A DNA stretch of 64,000 nt from Octopus sinensis (GCF_006345805.1 NC_043008.1:22692001-22756000), one strand, 5' to 3'. Positions 1 through 12,562 are shown, counted from the stretch's first letter. Notes: generated by a model not told the origin, from the sequence alone. Numbers and translations are program-made.

Positions 1-107
1 TGATTTTGTTGGGGAAGTGGAGGTGAAAGTCCCGTCCCTAGAGTTATATGTGGGTCTTTCTATGAGCAGTTCTTTATACACACTTTTGTTGATATTTCTC
101 CTGGAAA

Positions 108-490
108 AGGTGGCGAGCTGGCAGAAACGTTAGCACTCCGGGCGAAATGCTTAGCGGTATTTCGTCTGCCGTTACGTTGTGAGTTCAAATTCCGCCGAGG
201 TCGACTTTGCCTTTCATCCTGTCGGGGTCGATAAATTAAGTACCAGTTACGCACTGGGGTCGATATAATCGACTTAATCCGTTTGTCCCCTCTGTGTTTG
301 GCCCCTTGTGAGTAGTAAAGAAATGGCTATTTCGTCTGTCTTTACGTTCTGATTTCAAATTCCGCTGAGGTCGACTTTGTCTTTCATCCTTTCGGGGTCG
401 ATAAATTAAGTGTCAGTTGCGTTCTGGGGTCGACCTGATCGACTGGCCTCCCATCCCCAAAATTTCGGGCTTTGTGCCTAGAGTAGAAAA
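108..490 (+). mobile_element. SINE family GAGCTGGCAGAAACGTTAGC.../CTTTCATCCTTTCGGGGTCGATAAATTAAGTACC; representative of more than 12 copies
   Basis: Two units here; other copies at about 8750, 38630, 39030, 48900, 51960, 54000, 59230, 60920 and 63310. Confidence 0.85.
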
Positions 491-689
491 GATATTTCTC
501 CTGAAAGTCCCTTCTCCGTCAGAATATTTAGTCTTTTTATGGTGCTGTATGTGTTTTTTGTCGTTAGGTTGAATTTTACGTGTGTCAGTGATTTGTTTGT
601 TGGTGTGATGAAATCGCTATGCGTGATATCTGTTTGGTTGTATACGTGTTTTGTTAGTTCTGTATTGTTCGTAATTATTACGGTTTAGT

Positions 690-1650
690 TAATGATGTCT
701 AAATTTTGATGGTCTGGGAATGTGTGATGTAAATGTTGTGTGAGTGTAAATTTTGTACACAAATTTTGGATGGAATTGGAAGCCACCAATGAGAATGTTT
801 CAATTGTATCACAGAGAAAAAGAAAAAAACATTCTAAAAGTTCCGAAATTCTGAAGTTATCGCAATTCATCCGATAGAGTCGAAACATTATCGTTGATAA
901 TAGCGGAAAATTAATGCGGGTCATTACCAAAGAACTTCAGGAATTGGAATGAACTGTTAGAACTGTGGTGCACGAGGACATTCGATACGAGTCGTATGTC
1001 GTGAGGAGGGGCCGATTCATGTCTGCAAAGACATCGGAAAACCGTTGGATCCGTGTCAAGCGGTTACATAACAAGATTAAAACTTCTCGTGGGCGTAATA
1101 TGCCTTGGTTCTTCTCTGATTAGATAGAATTCGGCCAAGTCCAAAAGTCTAACAGAAGAAATGGCAGATGCTTATGTGCAGACCCTTATGCTGTCCGCAG
1201 AATGATGCACCCTAAGTTTCCAGCAACTGCGATGGTTTTGGAAGTGGTGAGTAACAAAGGTCGTGTCATGCCACCTCACATCTTTCCTCGGAGCAGTAGA
1301 ATTAATGCTACCGGATACGTTAAATTACTGGAAACAGTGAAAGACCATACGAGATCCAACAAGACTCAATGCCTTCTCAAACGGTCTTCATAATCCAAGA
1401 ATGAATGCAAGTCAATCATTGACCAATTAACTCCAAACTTGCCAGATTTAAATCCCATCGACTACAACGTTTAGAATGTTGTTGAAAGAGAGACTAATCA
1501 ACATCCTTACAATACGATAGCGCCATTAATGGCTGCCATTTTCCAGGTAATCTTTGAAATTAATACGCACCATTGTGGTGTCATGTCAATGATTCCGGTC
1601 CCGCATTGAAGCAGTCTTCGAAGCCGAAGGTGGATTTAGAGAATAATCTT
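690..1650 (+). mobile_element. Decayed Tc1/mariner transposase, maT/DD37D-like
   Basis: Fragments VHEDIRYESYVVRRGRFMS, WFFSD, KFPATAMVLEVVSNKGRVMPPHIF and LNPIDY, with stops and frameshifts. Confidence 0.75.
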
Positions 1651-1869
1651 ATAAGAAGGCTTATCGAGAGGATGTACACAAAATGTTACTAAAACATGTT
1701 TGGTTCTTGCTAGTTGTTAAATTTCCAAAAGTATCCTCGAATATCCTTCGCACCCTGTATATACAATGGACTACGCTACGAAATGTATCCGTCCATTTCG
1801 AGAAGGTGGTTGAATTTAATTTGAGGGAGATATGACTGCCGTTTTTAGCAGGTCCAGCTACTGCGAAGT

Positions 1870-2175
1870 GCAATAGTTCCCTTGCTATTCGTAAGACCCG
1901 CAGAAGAGAAAGCAGGTCAACCCCCGACACCGAGAGCATCGACGGATGGATGAATGCGCATCCAGGCTCAGCGGTTGCGTAGGAAGTCAGGGACAAGAAA
2001 CAGGAAGAAAGAGTGAGAGAAAGAGTACAACAGGGGCCGCCACCACCCCCGCCGGAGCCTCGTGGAGCTTTACGTGCTTTCGCTCAATAAACACTCACAA
2101 CGCCCGGTCTGGGAATCGAAACCGCGATCCTCCGACTGCTAGTCCGCTGCCCTAACCACAGGGCCATTTCGCCTC
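1870..2175 (-). mobile_element. tRNA-derived SINE; same head family as 39950-40225 (+)
   Basis: Reverse strand begins with A-box/B-box-like TGGCCCTGTGGTTAGGGCAGCGGACT...GGTTTCGATTCCC; a closely related head lies at about 39957. Confidence 0.75.
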
Positions 2176-2239
2176 CTGGTGTTGTACTATAACGATGTGA
2201 GATGCGTTGGCTGCGGGAATAATAACTGAACCTGCGATA

Positions 2240-2470
2240 TTTTGCATTGGCTATTACCGAATCAAATTCATTATGTGGGTTGTGCTTCCTCGACCATATC
2301 TGAATGAGAAGTAAAGATGTTTGAAGCCCCTTTTGATTAAATGATTTAAATTAAAGGGTCGGGAAAACATTATTATGGAAGGAAGAATAGTAGGTAGTAG
2401 ATCAAGAGACAGGCATAGAACGCAACGGATGAACAAAATCACAAGCTGGTTGTATAAGAAAGACAAGGCA
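2240..2470 (+). mobile_element. RTE-clade LINE, decayed 3' ORF fragment
   Basis: Decayed G.I...GLE.IIMEGRIVGSRSRDR.R..WM motif typical of the RTE C-terminus. Confidence 0.55.
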
Positions 2471-2689
2471 GCCGGAGAACTTGTGCTTAATCGGTCATCG
2501 CTGCTGGCATACGATACATGATGACAACGACGCTCTAAATACCATCTTTACAATGGCAAAATTATTTAACTAATTTCTTCATTATTTTCAAAATCAATTG
2601 AACCGAACACCACGTATTTCAACGAGAATAAAGTAACGGAAATAACGTAAAGAGACTGCAGAAGGGCAACTTAAATACAAATACTACCC

Positions 2690-2727
2690 TGGACTGATGA
2701 CGGGCAAGACCCAGAAATATGTCTCCA
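2690..2727 (+). ncRNA. Minimal type I hammerhead ribozyme-like motif, Penelope type, partly decayed
   Basis: TGGA-CTGATGA-CGGG(CAAGA)CCCA-GAAA-TAT-GTC^TCCA. Stem I is TGGA/TCCA; stem II is GGG/CCC with a C.A mismatch at its base; GUC cleavage triplet. Confidence 0.6.
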
Positions 2728-3611
2728 AGTGCTAATCCTAGCTGGTGAGGGTGCTTGCCTCCCCTTTGCAAATATAAGGACACAGGAAATGTGTCAAAGC
2801 CGACATGCTTCCTAGGGTTAAATAGCGGTGGTGTGATTCCTCTTACGAGACTGTCACGTTGTGTTGACAGTATACAACCACTGTATCGCTCCACCACCGC
2901 TCATGTCTCTCTCTGAGACATTTAGAAATTCAATATTTCTAATTAATGTGAAATTTTTTTTAAAAAGCACAATTATATTAACTAGCAGGACCCTGAAATT
3001 TTCATAGTTTAAAAATGTATATAATTCTTCTTTTTCTTTTTTATGCACAAATTTATAGATTTCCGAAACCTCGTTTCATCATGTTATAGATATCGGCGCT
3101 TCTTTTTAAACCCCACCTTACATACCATTCTTTTCATTGGCCTAGTTGATGTGACAAAATTCTAACAACTCCTTAAGGGGTTACCATCGACATTCCTACT
3201 TGGCAAGTACTATATTTTTCAACCCCCGAAAGAAAAAGCGCAACTGACTTGGAGGGAATTTGAACATGGAACGTAAAGAGTAATAAGTGAAAATATTAAT
3301 GCAGTGTTTCTGACGCTCTAACGATTCTGCTAGCTTACCACCATTTGTTTGAAGAAATGTCTGTTCTTCAATATTGTTATAGACTTTTAATAACAAACTT
3401 TATATCGTAACAAGGACTGTAACTGCTATTTTTAGCATATTGGGTGACGATAGTCAAAACACGAATCTATCGATAGATATTGTTTTTTAACCCAGGTCAG
3501 CTTTGATCAGCAAATCTATGATCAAAGATCTTCTAATGTTCAAAGCTGAAAAGTTCAAAGGCCGGTTTTATTTTGGTAAAAGAAATAATAATAAATGCTA
3601 ATGAAAATATT

Positions 3612-4000
3612 GAGTGGCTGTGTGGTAAGTAGCTTGCTTACCAACCACATGGTTCCGGGTTCATTCCCACTGCGTGGCACCTTGGGTAAGTGTCTTCTAC
3701 TGTAACCTCGGGCCGACCAAAGCCTTGTGAGTGGATTTGGTAGACGGAAACTCAAAAGAAGCCCGTCGTATATATGTATATATATGTGTGTGCGTGTTTG
3801 TGTGTCTCTGTTTTCCCCCCAACATCGCTTGACAACCGATGCTGTTGTGTTTACGTCCCCGTAACTTAGCGGTTCGGTAAAAGAGGCCAATAGAATAAGT
3901 ACTAGGCTTACAAAGAATAAGTCCTGGGGTCGATTTGCTCGACTAAAAGGTGGTGCTCCAGCATGGCCACAGTCAAATGACTGAAAACAAGTAAAAAAGT
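3612..4000 (+). mobile_element. tRNA-headed SINE with CORE-like CACCTTGGG(C/T)AAGTGTCTT segment; representative of more than 10 copies
   Basis: GTGGCTGTGTGGTAAG..GCTTGCTTACCAACCACATGGTTCCGGGTTCA head. Related copies at about 8580, 19740, 25040, 25240, 31500, 44310, 46670, 51780, 55290 and 63770. Confidence 0.85.
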
Positions 4001-4489
4001 ATGATGTTCAAGAAAAAGGAAATCTACATTAAAATTAATTATTTCTATAACACGTACAAGGCCGGCAATTTGAGAGAGGGTGGTTATCATGAAGTGGGCG
4101 AGTACTCTCCCTTACATAGTCCAGCAGGTGAACTGAGACGTTATTCGATAAAAATGTGTCTTTGGTTATACACTTTTGACAGTTTATTCATTGAGTCTGA
4201 TCGAATATGAACTTCGTTCTACATGAAAAGTTCAAGACAATTCTTCAAAATTGTTTATCAGCCTCTTTCGAAATTCAAACAACGGTTGCGTACGTCAGAA
4301 CATTTTCTGGTCAATGTTTCTGATCTCGTCACTCCGCGTCACTTTAGGCAAATATCTTCCGCTATAGCTTCTGGACGATCAATTCCTTGTCTGCGAATTT
4401 GGTCGACAGAAATTGTGTGGAAGCCCATCGCGCGCGCGCGTGTGTGTGTGTGAGTGCAGTTTATAGGGTTGAGGCTGGTCCAATAGCCT

Positions 4490-5660
4490 ATTATTGTGAG
4501 GTAAGAAGTTCGCTTCCAAACCTCCTCATCTGCCGGTACACTTTTAGATGATGGGCAGAAACGTTAGCACGCCGGGTGAAATGCTCAGCGGTATTTCATC
4601 TGCCGTTACGTTCTGAGTTCAAATTCCGCCGAGGTCGACTTTACCTTTCATCCTTTCGGGGTCGATTAAATAAGTACCAGTTACGCATTGGGGTCGATGT
4701 AATCGACTTAATCCATTTGTCTGTCCTTGTTTGTCCCCTCTATGTTTAGCCCCTTGCGGGCAATAAAGAAATAAGAAACGTTAGCACGGCCGGGCGAAAT
4801 GCTCAGCGGTATTTCGTCTGTCGATACGTTCTGAGTTCAAATTCCGCCGAGGTCGACTTTGTCTTTCATCCTTTCGGGGTCGATTAAATAAGTACCAGTT
4901 ATGCACTGAGGTCTCTATAATCGACTTAATCCATTTGTCTGTACCTTCTGTGTTTAGCTCCTTGTGGGTAGTAAAGAAATAGGTACACTTTTAGATGATG
5001 AGTGCACTTGTACTGGAATGGATCAGCGTGTGTGAGCCACACAAATATCGTTGTGGAGGGGTGGTCGATGAATTCGGTCTGCATCCATTATCTTGCAGCC
5101 TTAACGCGGGCCGATTCCCCCCAACACGCCGCTCTGAATTAGAAGGGGTCTCGATGCAAATGGCTTCCCATCTCAATCGCAGTTAGTAGGTCTCGACTGC
5201 GGAGACGGTATGCGTGCCGACGGAATAACCCTTTTTCCATTCGAAGGAGGCTGATCCTTAGTTTGCGACGCGTCATGCAGCGACACGGGCTGCATTGGCT
5301 GTTAACCCGGGTGTCGCCTCCCGTAATGCTGAGGAGAGAAAAATCAATAAATACAGGGACTTGATCGACCGCTGTCAGTTTGTGCCGGTCGCCGTCGAGA
5401 CGTTAGGTGTTCGAGGACCCCTTATTACCGATTTCCTCCGCAAAACCGGGATAATGATGTCACGTTTGAGAAATGAGCCCTGGGAAATGGAGTGGCTGCA
5501 GTCATTACCTCCAACGTGCGGTTGAGCGCACCATCTATTCTGGGGTGTGAGGTCCATTGCCCCTTCTTCCCGTCTTCTGCTGCTTGCCCCTATTTTCTTT
5601 TCCTTTCTTTTCTGTTTTTTTTTTTCGTTTGTATTTAAATGCTATAACTTAATAAAGACA
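4490..5660 (+). mobile_element. 3' end of a CRE-like non-LTR retrotransposon with restriction-like endonuclease (REL), interrupted by a SINE
   Basis: GTLLDDEC, then CEPHKYRCGGVVDEFGLHPLSC..AGRF.QH (zinc knuckle), RADGITLFPF.GG..LV.D, AEERKINKY and FVPVAVETLG.RGP; followed by a T-rich 3' region and AATAAA. Confidence 0.8.
4554..4981 (+). mobile_element. Tandem SINE insertion with a 19-bp target-site duplication
   Basis: GGTACACTTTTAGATGATG at 4535-4553 and 4982-5000 flanks two GGCAGAAACGTTAGCACGCCGGG-type SINE units. Confidence 0.85.
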
Positions 5661-5779
5661 TTATGTAGAACTATACTGTGAAATTCTTCGAAATAAAGTT
5701 TTCGTCGGCTCCTAAACGAAATCAATAATGCTAATGATTGACGAAAAGTGCAAGTGGACATATAAACTCAAGAATCTCC

Positions 5780-6202
5780 GGATCTTTTCGGTTTGAACGT
5801 CAGTTTTTCTAGCGGTGTCATATGAAATTGTCACCCATAATTACGACCCTAGTATCGATCTATTGCATTTCAATCTATTTTAGGGTTAGAGTTAGGGTTA
5901 GGGGTGGGGGAAGGGTATCTTTTTTTTCTTTAGAAATGTAAATAAACCCAATCTGTTTCTTAAACGAGGGACATTTTCATACGGCACAGAATGTTTTCAC
6001 CTCAATAGACGTCATTGATTGTTTGAAATTGCAGAAATTGAAGAAAAAAAAACAACAAATATCTTACAAACTATAGAATTTTCTCAATAAAGCCAAGAGA
6101 AAAAGATGTTTTATAAACACATTCTACCAGAATACGAAGTTTAAAAGTGTTTAGTTACGTGGAAATTATTTTAAAAAACTGCTGTTCAAACCGAAAAGAT
6201 CC
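5780..6202. mobile_element. MITE with terminal inverted repeats and an 8-bp TSD
   Basis: TIRs GGATCTTTTCGGTTTGAAC / GTTCAAACCGAAAAGATCC; TSD GAATCTCC at 5772-5779 and 6203-6210; short internal TTAGGG run. Confidence 0.85.
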
Positions 6203-6355
6203 GAATCTCCCTTTACTAGTTGACGCAGATATACCCTTCTTGATTTTTAGAGCAGTAGTGTATGATTCGACTGATATTTAACTGCTATCTCTAGCAGGGT
6301 AGGTGAGCGACCACATAGAAGACCCGACTCTCTCTCTCTCGCTCGTTTTAAAAGG

Positions 6356-6410
6356 CCGGAAATGACGTCAGAGTAATTTCATACGAGTTTAAGGTCACAT
6401 TGCGCATGTG
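6356..6410 (+). promoter_or_regulatory. Proximal promoter / 5' region of ATP5MG: overlapping ETS+CRE site, nuclear-receptor half-site, NRF1-like element
   Basis: CCGGAAAT (6356-6363) overlaps the palindromic TGACGTCA (6363-6370); AAGGTCA at 6391-6397; TGCGCATGTG at 6401-6410; all within 75 nt of the ATG. Confidence 0.6.
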
Positions 6411-6428
6411 TTCTGTTGGGTGATCAAA

Positions 6429-6489
6429 ATGGCGAAGGTTGTTGCTAAAATTGGTGGATTGGTGTCCAAAGCACCCGGACTAGTGAAAA
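6429..6489 (+). CDS. ATP5MG: ATP synthase subunit g, mitochondrial, coding exon 1 of 3
   Basis: AAAATGG start; translates MAKVVAKIGGLVSKAPGLVK plus 1 nt, then a GTAAGT donor at 6490. Phase 1 joins exon 2 in frame. Confidence 0.93.
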
Positions 6490-7599
6490 GTAAGTGTTTG
6501 TTATTCAATATTTATGCACAATATTATCGAGTAATGACTGTTGTGCACTCATGTAAATTTAAAATGTATTTGCATTCTTTTTAATACTCTAATTTGCCTT
6601 CTCAACCAGCCTCTGTTGAAATGTTGAACGAACGAATGCGAAGTCGAATGCAATTTAAGTTCAATGTAGGTTTAGAAATTAAAAACAAGTGATTTTTATT
6701 ATTAATATTAATAAATATAATAATCCGTAGACAAATTTAAAATTTTACAACGGTATGTTGGGATTAAGAAGAGAGAAAACACTAATAGGTATCGTACTTT
6801 TCATCCTTGGTAACCTCTTCGGCTAAACTCGGCTAAAATTTGATCCTTTATTATTGCTACGAACACCATAAGTAATTAATTTAATGTCTACATATAATAA
6901 TAATTAATTTGGCTTGGCTTCTGTAGTAAACACTAATGCACTTTAGATAGGATTTACCTTTCTTTTAAACCTTTTCCTACTTTTTTTTGATTGACCTTTA
7001 TATCCGACAGAGCAAGGGCACTGCAGACATTAACTCTTTTCTATGAATATCAACAGTCTGATTTTTCACAACAACCCTTTATTTAATTCAATACTGTTAG
7101 CTTTATAATTTAATTTATTAATTTGATAGCTGTAGAATCTATAAATAATTTTATAGTAGTTTTTTTTCAACTCCAGCAACTGGAAATTCTGCGAACGAGT
7201 ATACACACCCAAATGATATATGTTTGTCTTATGAACGAGATCGTTAGTGACGAATGTATTTGAAACATATTGCTATTTGAATATATTTTGCTATAAATTA
7301 ATAATATTAGATTAAAGTTGTTCATCCACCAGGGAAGAGATATAATAGTCGAATTGGTGTTAGTTACGTAATTTTTTTCGTAAATCTCTCCCCAGTTGAG
7401 AAATTAGGCTTTTAGTAACTCAGTGCGTTGCTCCAATCAAGAGCCATTTCTCGCAGTAAACTTTCATTTCTTCTACGCCAGGTACTCTTCGACTGTTCAG
7501 GCTTTCGCTTCCAAATGGCATTCATCTTAATGCCCTCTTTGGTATCCTATTCTACTTCATTTTGAGTGTATGACCTATCTCTCAGTGCTGCCGGCGTTT

Positions 7600-8040
7600 C
7601 ATTTCAAAGACCATAATATTGTCACCTGTTTTGCGGCACTGTTCTTCATCTGACATTTTGTTAGGTGACAAGATTTGTTGAAAGAGTTGACGCTATTTAT
7701 GTCTCCTTTGCTCTCACCAACCAGCCTTCTAAGCCATGCATTACGACAGATTTCCCATCATCATTGTTATAAATCTCAGTCTGTTACTGCAAACCATATA
7801 ACAGGCTTTAAAATGGACTTCTACATTTACTGACGACTTGTGAAGAGCCGTTTTTCTCTTGAATTAGATCTTGGCTTTGTAGACGACCTGGCATCCTTCT
7901 GTTCAGAGGTCATCAGTTTGAGGGTGAAACTGATGGGCTGACTATTTATGCAAAGTGGGCAGATCAGCGCCTCAAAAGCACCAGTCCTCTGCATAAACCC
8001 CAACAACCCTGTATCTGCCAGTGTCCAGCAATTGCAGCAG
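7600..8040 (+). mobile_element. Degenerate LINE reverse-transcriptase remnant
   Basis: GTAGACGACCTGGCA reads VDDLA (YADD-like), followed by GLQISASK-like sequence; heavily decayed. Confidence 0.4.
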
Positions 8041-11000
8041 CTTTAACCCTTTTGTGATAGGCCTTACACACCCCTTTCTTGTTTTTCGTGTAACTTGTAG
8101 CTTTTACACTTCTTTTCTAGATGTATTGGGCTTTCTTCTACAAGCTCATTGGTGAAGATGTGTGGCCTAGTGGTTAAGATGTTGCACTCAGTCATAAGAA
8201 TGTGGTTTCAATTCCTGGACTGGACTGCACTGTCCCACTCATGCTAGCATGAAAGGTGGCTGTTAAACAAAAATGATGATGTACCTTGTTGTTATTTATC
8301 TGATGGTTGGGACATAAATTGTTTCAAAGGAAGAGTACATTGAATAATGTAGTTATCTTTTACATGTTTCAGTCATTAGACTGGCCATGCTGAGGCACCG
8401 CTTTGAAGAAATTTTAGTTGAGTTGATTGACTCCAGTCCTTATGTTTTTAAAGCCTGGTATTCTATTGGTCTGTTTTGCTGAACCACTAACTTATAGGGG
8501 CACAAACACACCAACACCGGTTGTCAAGTGGTGGTGGGGTGCAAACAGACACACACACACATATGTACATATTATAGGCGCAGGAGTGGCTGTGGCAAGA
8601 AGCCTGCTTCCCAACCACATGGTTCCAGGTTCAATCCTTCTGCGTGGAACCTTGGGCAAGTGTCTTCTACTATAGGCTTGGGCCAACCAAAGCCTTGTGA
8701 GTGAATTTGGCTGACAGAAACTGAATGCTTGACTGAATAAGGCAGTGAGCTGGCAGAAACGTTAGCACGCCGGGCAAAATGCTTAGTGGTATTTTGTCTG
8801 CCTCTACGTTCTGAGTTCAAATTCTGCCGAGGTCGACTTGGCCTTTCATCCTTTCGGGGTCGATTAAACAAGTACCAGTTACACACTGGGGTCGATATAA
8901 TCGACTTAATCTGTTTGTCTGTCCTTGTTTGCTTCCTCTGTGTGTAGCCCCTTGTGGGCTGTAAAGAAATAAGAAACTGAATGCTAGACTTAAGTAATTG
9001 ACATGGAGAAGACCATACTTAAATGAATACCTTTCCAGTATTGGTCCATAAGTTTAGCTGTTGTAGCTAACATCAAATAATGTTATTTCCTTTTGAAACA
9101 CATAATCTTATGTCTGTTGTATATATGTGTAATATCTAAGGTATTAGGTGTTGGTAAGTAATTGAAAGGCAGATCAATATAGAAATTTGCCCGGATTGCT
9201 GTTCATTTATAAGTCAGATTCTGGAATATTGCTGTATTTAGCTTATTTACTCATTTCTGGTCACTGTGATCTATTTCCTTCATCCATTCACCGTATGATC
9301 CTATTTACTATCATTTTGACATCATCAATCCTTTAGTTACCACATTTCTGTTGAAAGACACTGTCTCTACTTCATTTAATTTTGACAGTAATGAAGATTT
9401 TTTTTGTTTTGCAAGTACTTGATGACCCTGTCAGTGTAGGTGCCACTTAAAAGCATCCAGTCCATACTGTAAAGTGGTTGGTTTTGGAAGGGCATTCAGC
9501 TGTAAAAACCTTGCCTTTGCTTGTGCCACGTAGAAAGCACTACTGACCTTGCCTGTGCATGTGTCATGTAAAAAGCACTAAGTCCACTTAGCTGTGTAGT
9601 TGGTGTTAGGAAGGGCATCCAGCTGTAAAAACCATGCCAAAACAGTTACAGAGGTCTGGTGCAGGCTTCTGCCTCGTCAGCTCTTGTGAAACCGTCCTAC
9701 CCATGCTAGCGTGAAAGGTGGATGTTAAACAATGATGATGATTTACCTTGTGGTTATTTATCTGATGGTTGGGACATAAATTTTTGGTAAGAGGTTTTAA
9801 TTTAGATCACTTTGAATCTGGAAGCTTGTGTCTTAGAATCAGGGCAGATTAGTATCAAAAGGGTTAATGACACAGAAACATTTGTTTCCTGAATTTATTG
9901 GACTTCATTAAATAGACTAAATTACTTTAGGCATTGATTGTGGCTATTTCTATATTTCATTTTTGAAGTACCCAACAACTGAATTAAAGTTGTTTTGGCT
10001 AGTTTTATCTTTAATGATAATATTATATCTAAGATTTAAACCTTTTGATACCGACCCACCTGAGCCCCTTCCCCACACTGATTTTATGACAAATTTATTT
10101 ACTTAACCCTTTTGTTACTGTATTAATTTTGAGATGCTCTGTGTTTGTTTCAATTACTTTAAATATAACAAAGAATTTGGTAAAATAACTTAGTTATAAT
10201 TCAGCTATTGTTAGGAACATAAATTGTGACTAAGGTTTGGTGGTAGATTTTAATTGAAAACTTATGAAAACAAGACATTTGTAGCCAGAGCCAGTTTCAG
10301 CTGGGTTGGTAACGAAAGGGTTAAAGTGATCCAGATTAAAACCTTCCATCAAAATACTTAATGTTTCAAGCACTGCTTAACCCTTTAGTGTTCAGATTAT
10401 TCTATCAAACATAATGCTTATTGATTCCCATTGATTTGAATTAATCATGCATTATCTCATATCTTCAAGATCTTGATGGTGTAATTACTTAATGTAGAAT
10501 AACATTGTAGGGTAGGTGTGAGAGCCTGGATCTGATCAGTTTGAACATAAAACAGATTAACTATTTTGGCCTGATATGGCCGGTTTAAATACTAAAGGGT
10601 TAAAAATAACTAAAAATTATTTTACTAAATTCTTCGTTATTTTCAAAATTAATTAGAACAGAGGCAGTGTCTTTCATCAGAAATATAGTAAAGAAAGAGT
10701 TAGAATTAAGATTTCTTGATTAATACTGCAATTGGGATCAGTAGATATATTTTAGTATGTGGTTAATGATGCTTGTTTTCCCTCTGCTATTAATCCCTGT
10801 TTGTATTTGATTTTCATTGTAATAGTAATACCCTTGTATAAAGCATACTACTTAATTTTTCAAAGTTATAAATCTATTAAAATAATTAGCAGTGTGTCGC
10901 CAACAGTTTTTTTTCTCTTGGTTTATCTATTCCCCTGACCAGCACATCAAGGACAATTAGCTGCTATCATAATTCTGCCATGTCTGTACTTCATGGAAAT

Positions 11001-12413
11001 ACTAACAGGTTGCTTGTTTAGTTAGCTGATTACTGTGTGAAAATAGACATAAATTTAAATGTCCATACATAAAAATTGTGTGTGTGTGTATATATATATG
11101 TGTGTGTGCTTGAGGAGACCTATTGAGTCAAGTACATCAACATCGAAATAAATATCAATGGAAATAGTAGTTGTGATACCTGTGCTGGTGGCACGTAAAA
11201 AGCACCGTCCGAACGTGGCCAATGCCAGCCTCCCCTGGTACCTGTGCCAGTGGCACGTAAAATGCACCCTCTACACTCATGGAGTGGTTGGCATTAGGAA
11301 GGACATCCAGCTGTAGAAACACTGCCAGATCAGACTGGAGCCTGGTGCAGCCTCCTGGCTTCCCAGGCCCCGGTTGAACCATCCAACTCATGCTAGCATG
11401 GAAAGTTGACGTTAAACGATGATGATATATATATATATATATGAATAAATAAAAGATACACATTAAGTGCAGGACATCACCACCAGGTGAAAAATACGTA
11501 AACACACGAGAGATAAGTACAGGACAAAATACCAAAAGAAAATAACTCCTCATTAGTTGTTGACTGTTTTACTATTCCCTATTTTGTGATATATATATAG
11601 ACAAGAAGAAAATGGAGGACAAATAACAAACAGAAGTGTGTCTTTTGCACTAGTAAGCCATTATTTAATTAGTAAAGGTGAGAGTGAGCATGAAGTTGTA
11701 TATGACCGTTTCTGTTTACGGCTAAATTACTTGCTGCTGTATACCCTTTACCAAGGAATATACCTGCTGAGGTAATTACCAGAAGTGCCTTTGGATATAT
11801 CTATCCTTTAGAGGTTTTAAACACCTCTAACTTATACCTGCATTATATATATATATATATATATATAAGGGTAAAGACCTTTGGTCATGAATAACCAAGG
11901 GATTGCACCTTGAAAGTTTGCCTCTGAAGCATAAGTGCAGGCAAGCTTGTTTATGGAAGATCAGCAGTCACCCATGCATACCAATGTTATCCAAGGGTAA
12001 GGCAAAAGCTGATACAGCTTGGCACCAATGATGTCACAACTCATTTCTGCAACTGAGTGAACTAGAGCAACATGAAATAAAGTGTCTTGCTCAAGAGCAC
12101 AGCATAGCCCGCTCCTGGAATTGAACCCACAACCTCACAATTGAAAGCTTGATGCTCTAACCTATATGTGTGTGTTTAATTATTGAGTAAATGCTAAAGT
12201 GGAATATATGCCTTTTGTTGAAAGAATCCATTTCAATATAATTCACTGCAAATAATTAACTGTAAAAAGGGAATGTTTATTGGCTTTAGATGATTCCCAT
12301 AGGTACCCCACTGAACAAATATTTAAGCATTGAACCTATTTGTCGGCACATTACATTTTCTCTTAGTAAACACTATTCCATTATAACTCTATGACGACTT
12401 GTTTTTGTTTCAG

Positions 12414-12562
12414 AGGCCCAACCCGGTTTTCAAACTTTCCTCAAATATGCTAAAGTTGAATTAACCCCACCAACATTTTCTGACATGCCAAAGGTTTCAC
12501 AAGGTTTTGTCAGTGTAACCAACAGCATAAAGACTGGCAAATGGAAGGCTCTAACAGTTAAG
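12414..12562 (+). CDS. ATP5MG: ATP synthase subunit g, coding exon 2 of 3
   Basis: Acceptor TTTTTGTTTCAG; translates (K)AQPGFQTFLKYAKVELTPPTFSDMPKVSQGFVSVTNSIKTGKWKALTVK; donor GTAAGA. The KYAKVELTPP and GKWKxLTVK motifs are typical of subunit g. Confidence 0.96.

Noticed and set aside
5879-5905. TTAGGG telomeric-like repeats
   Set aside because: Only 3-4 imperfect units, internal to a MITE; not a telomere or a meaningful interstitial array.
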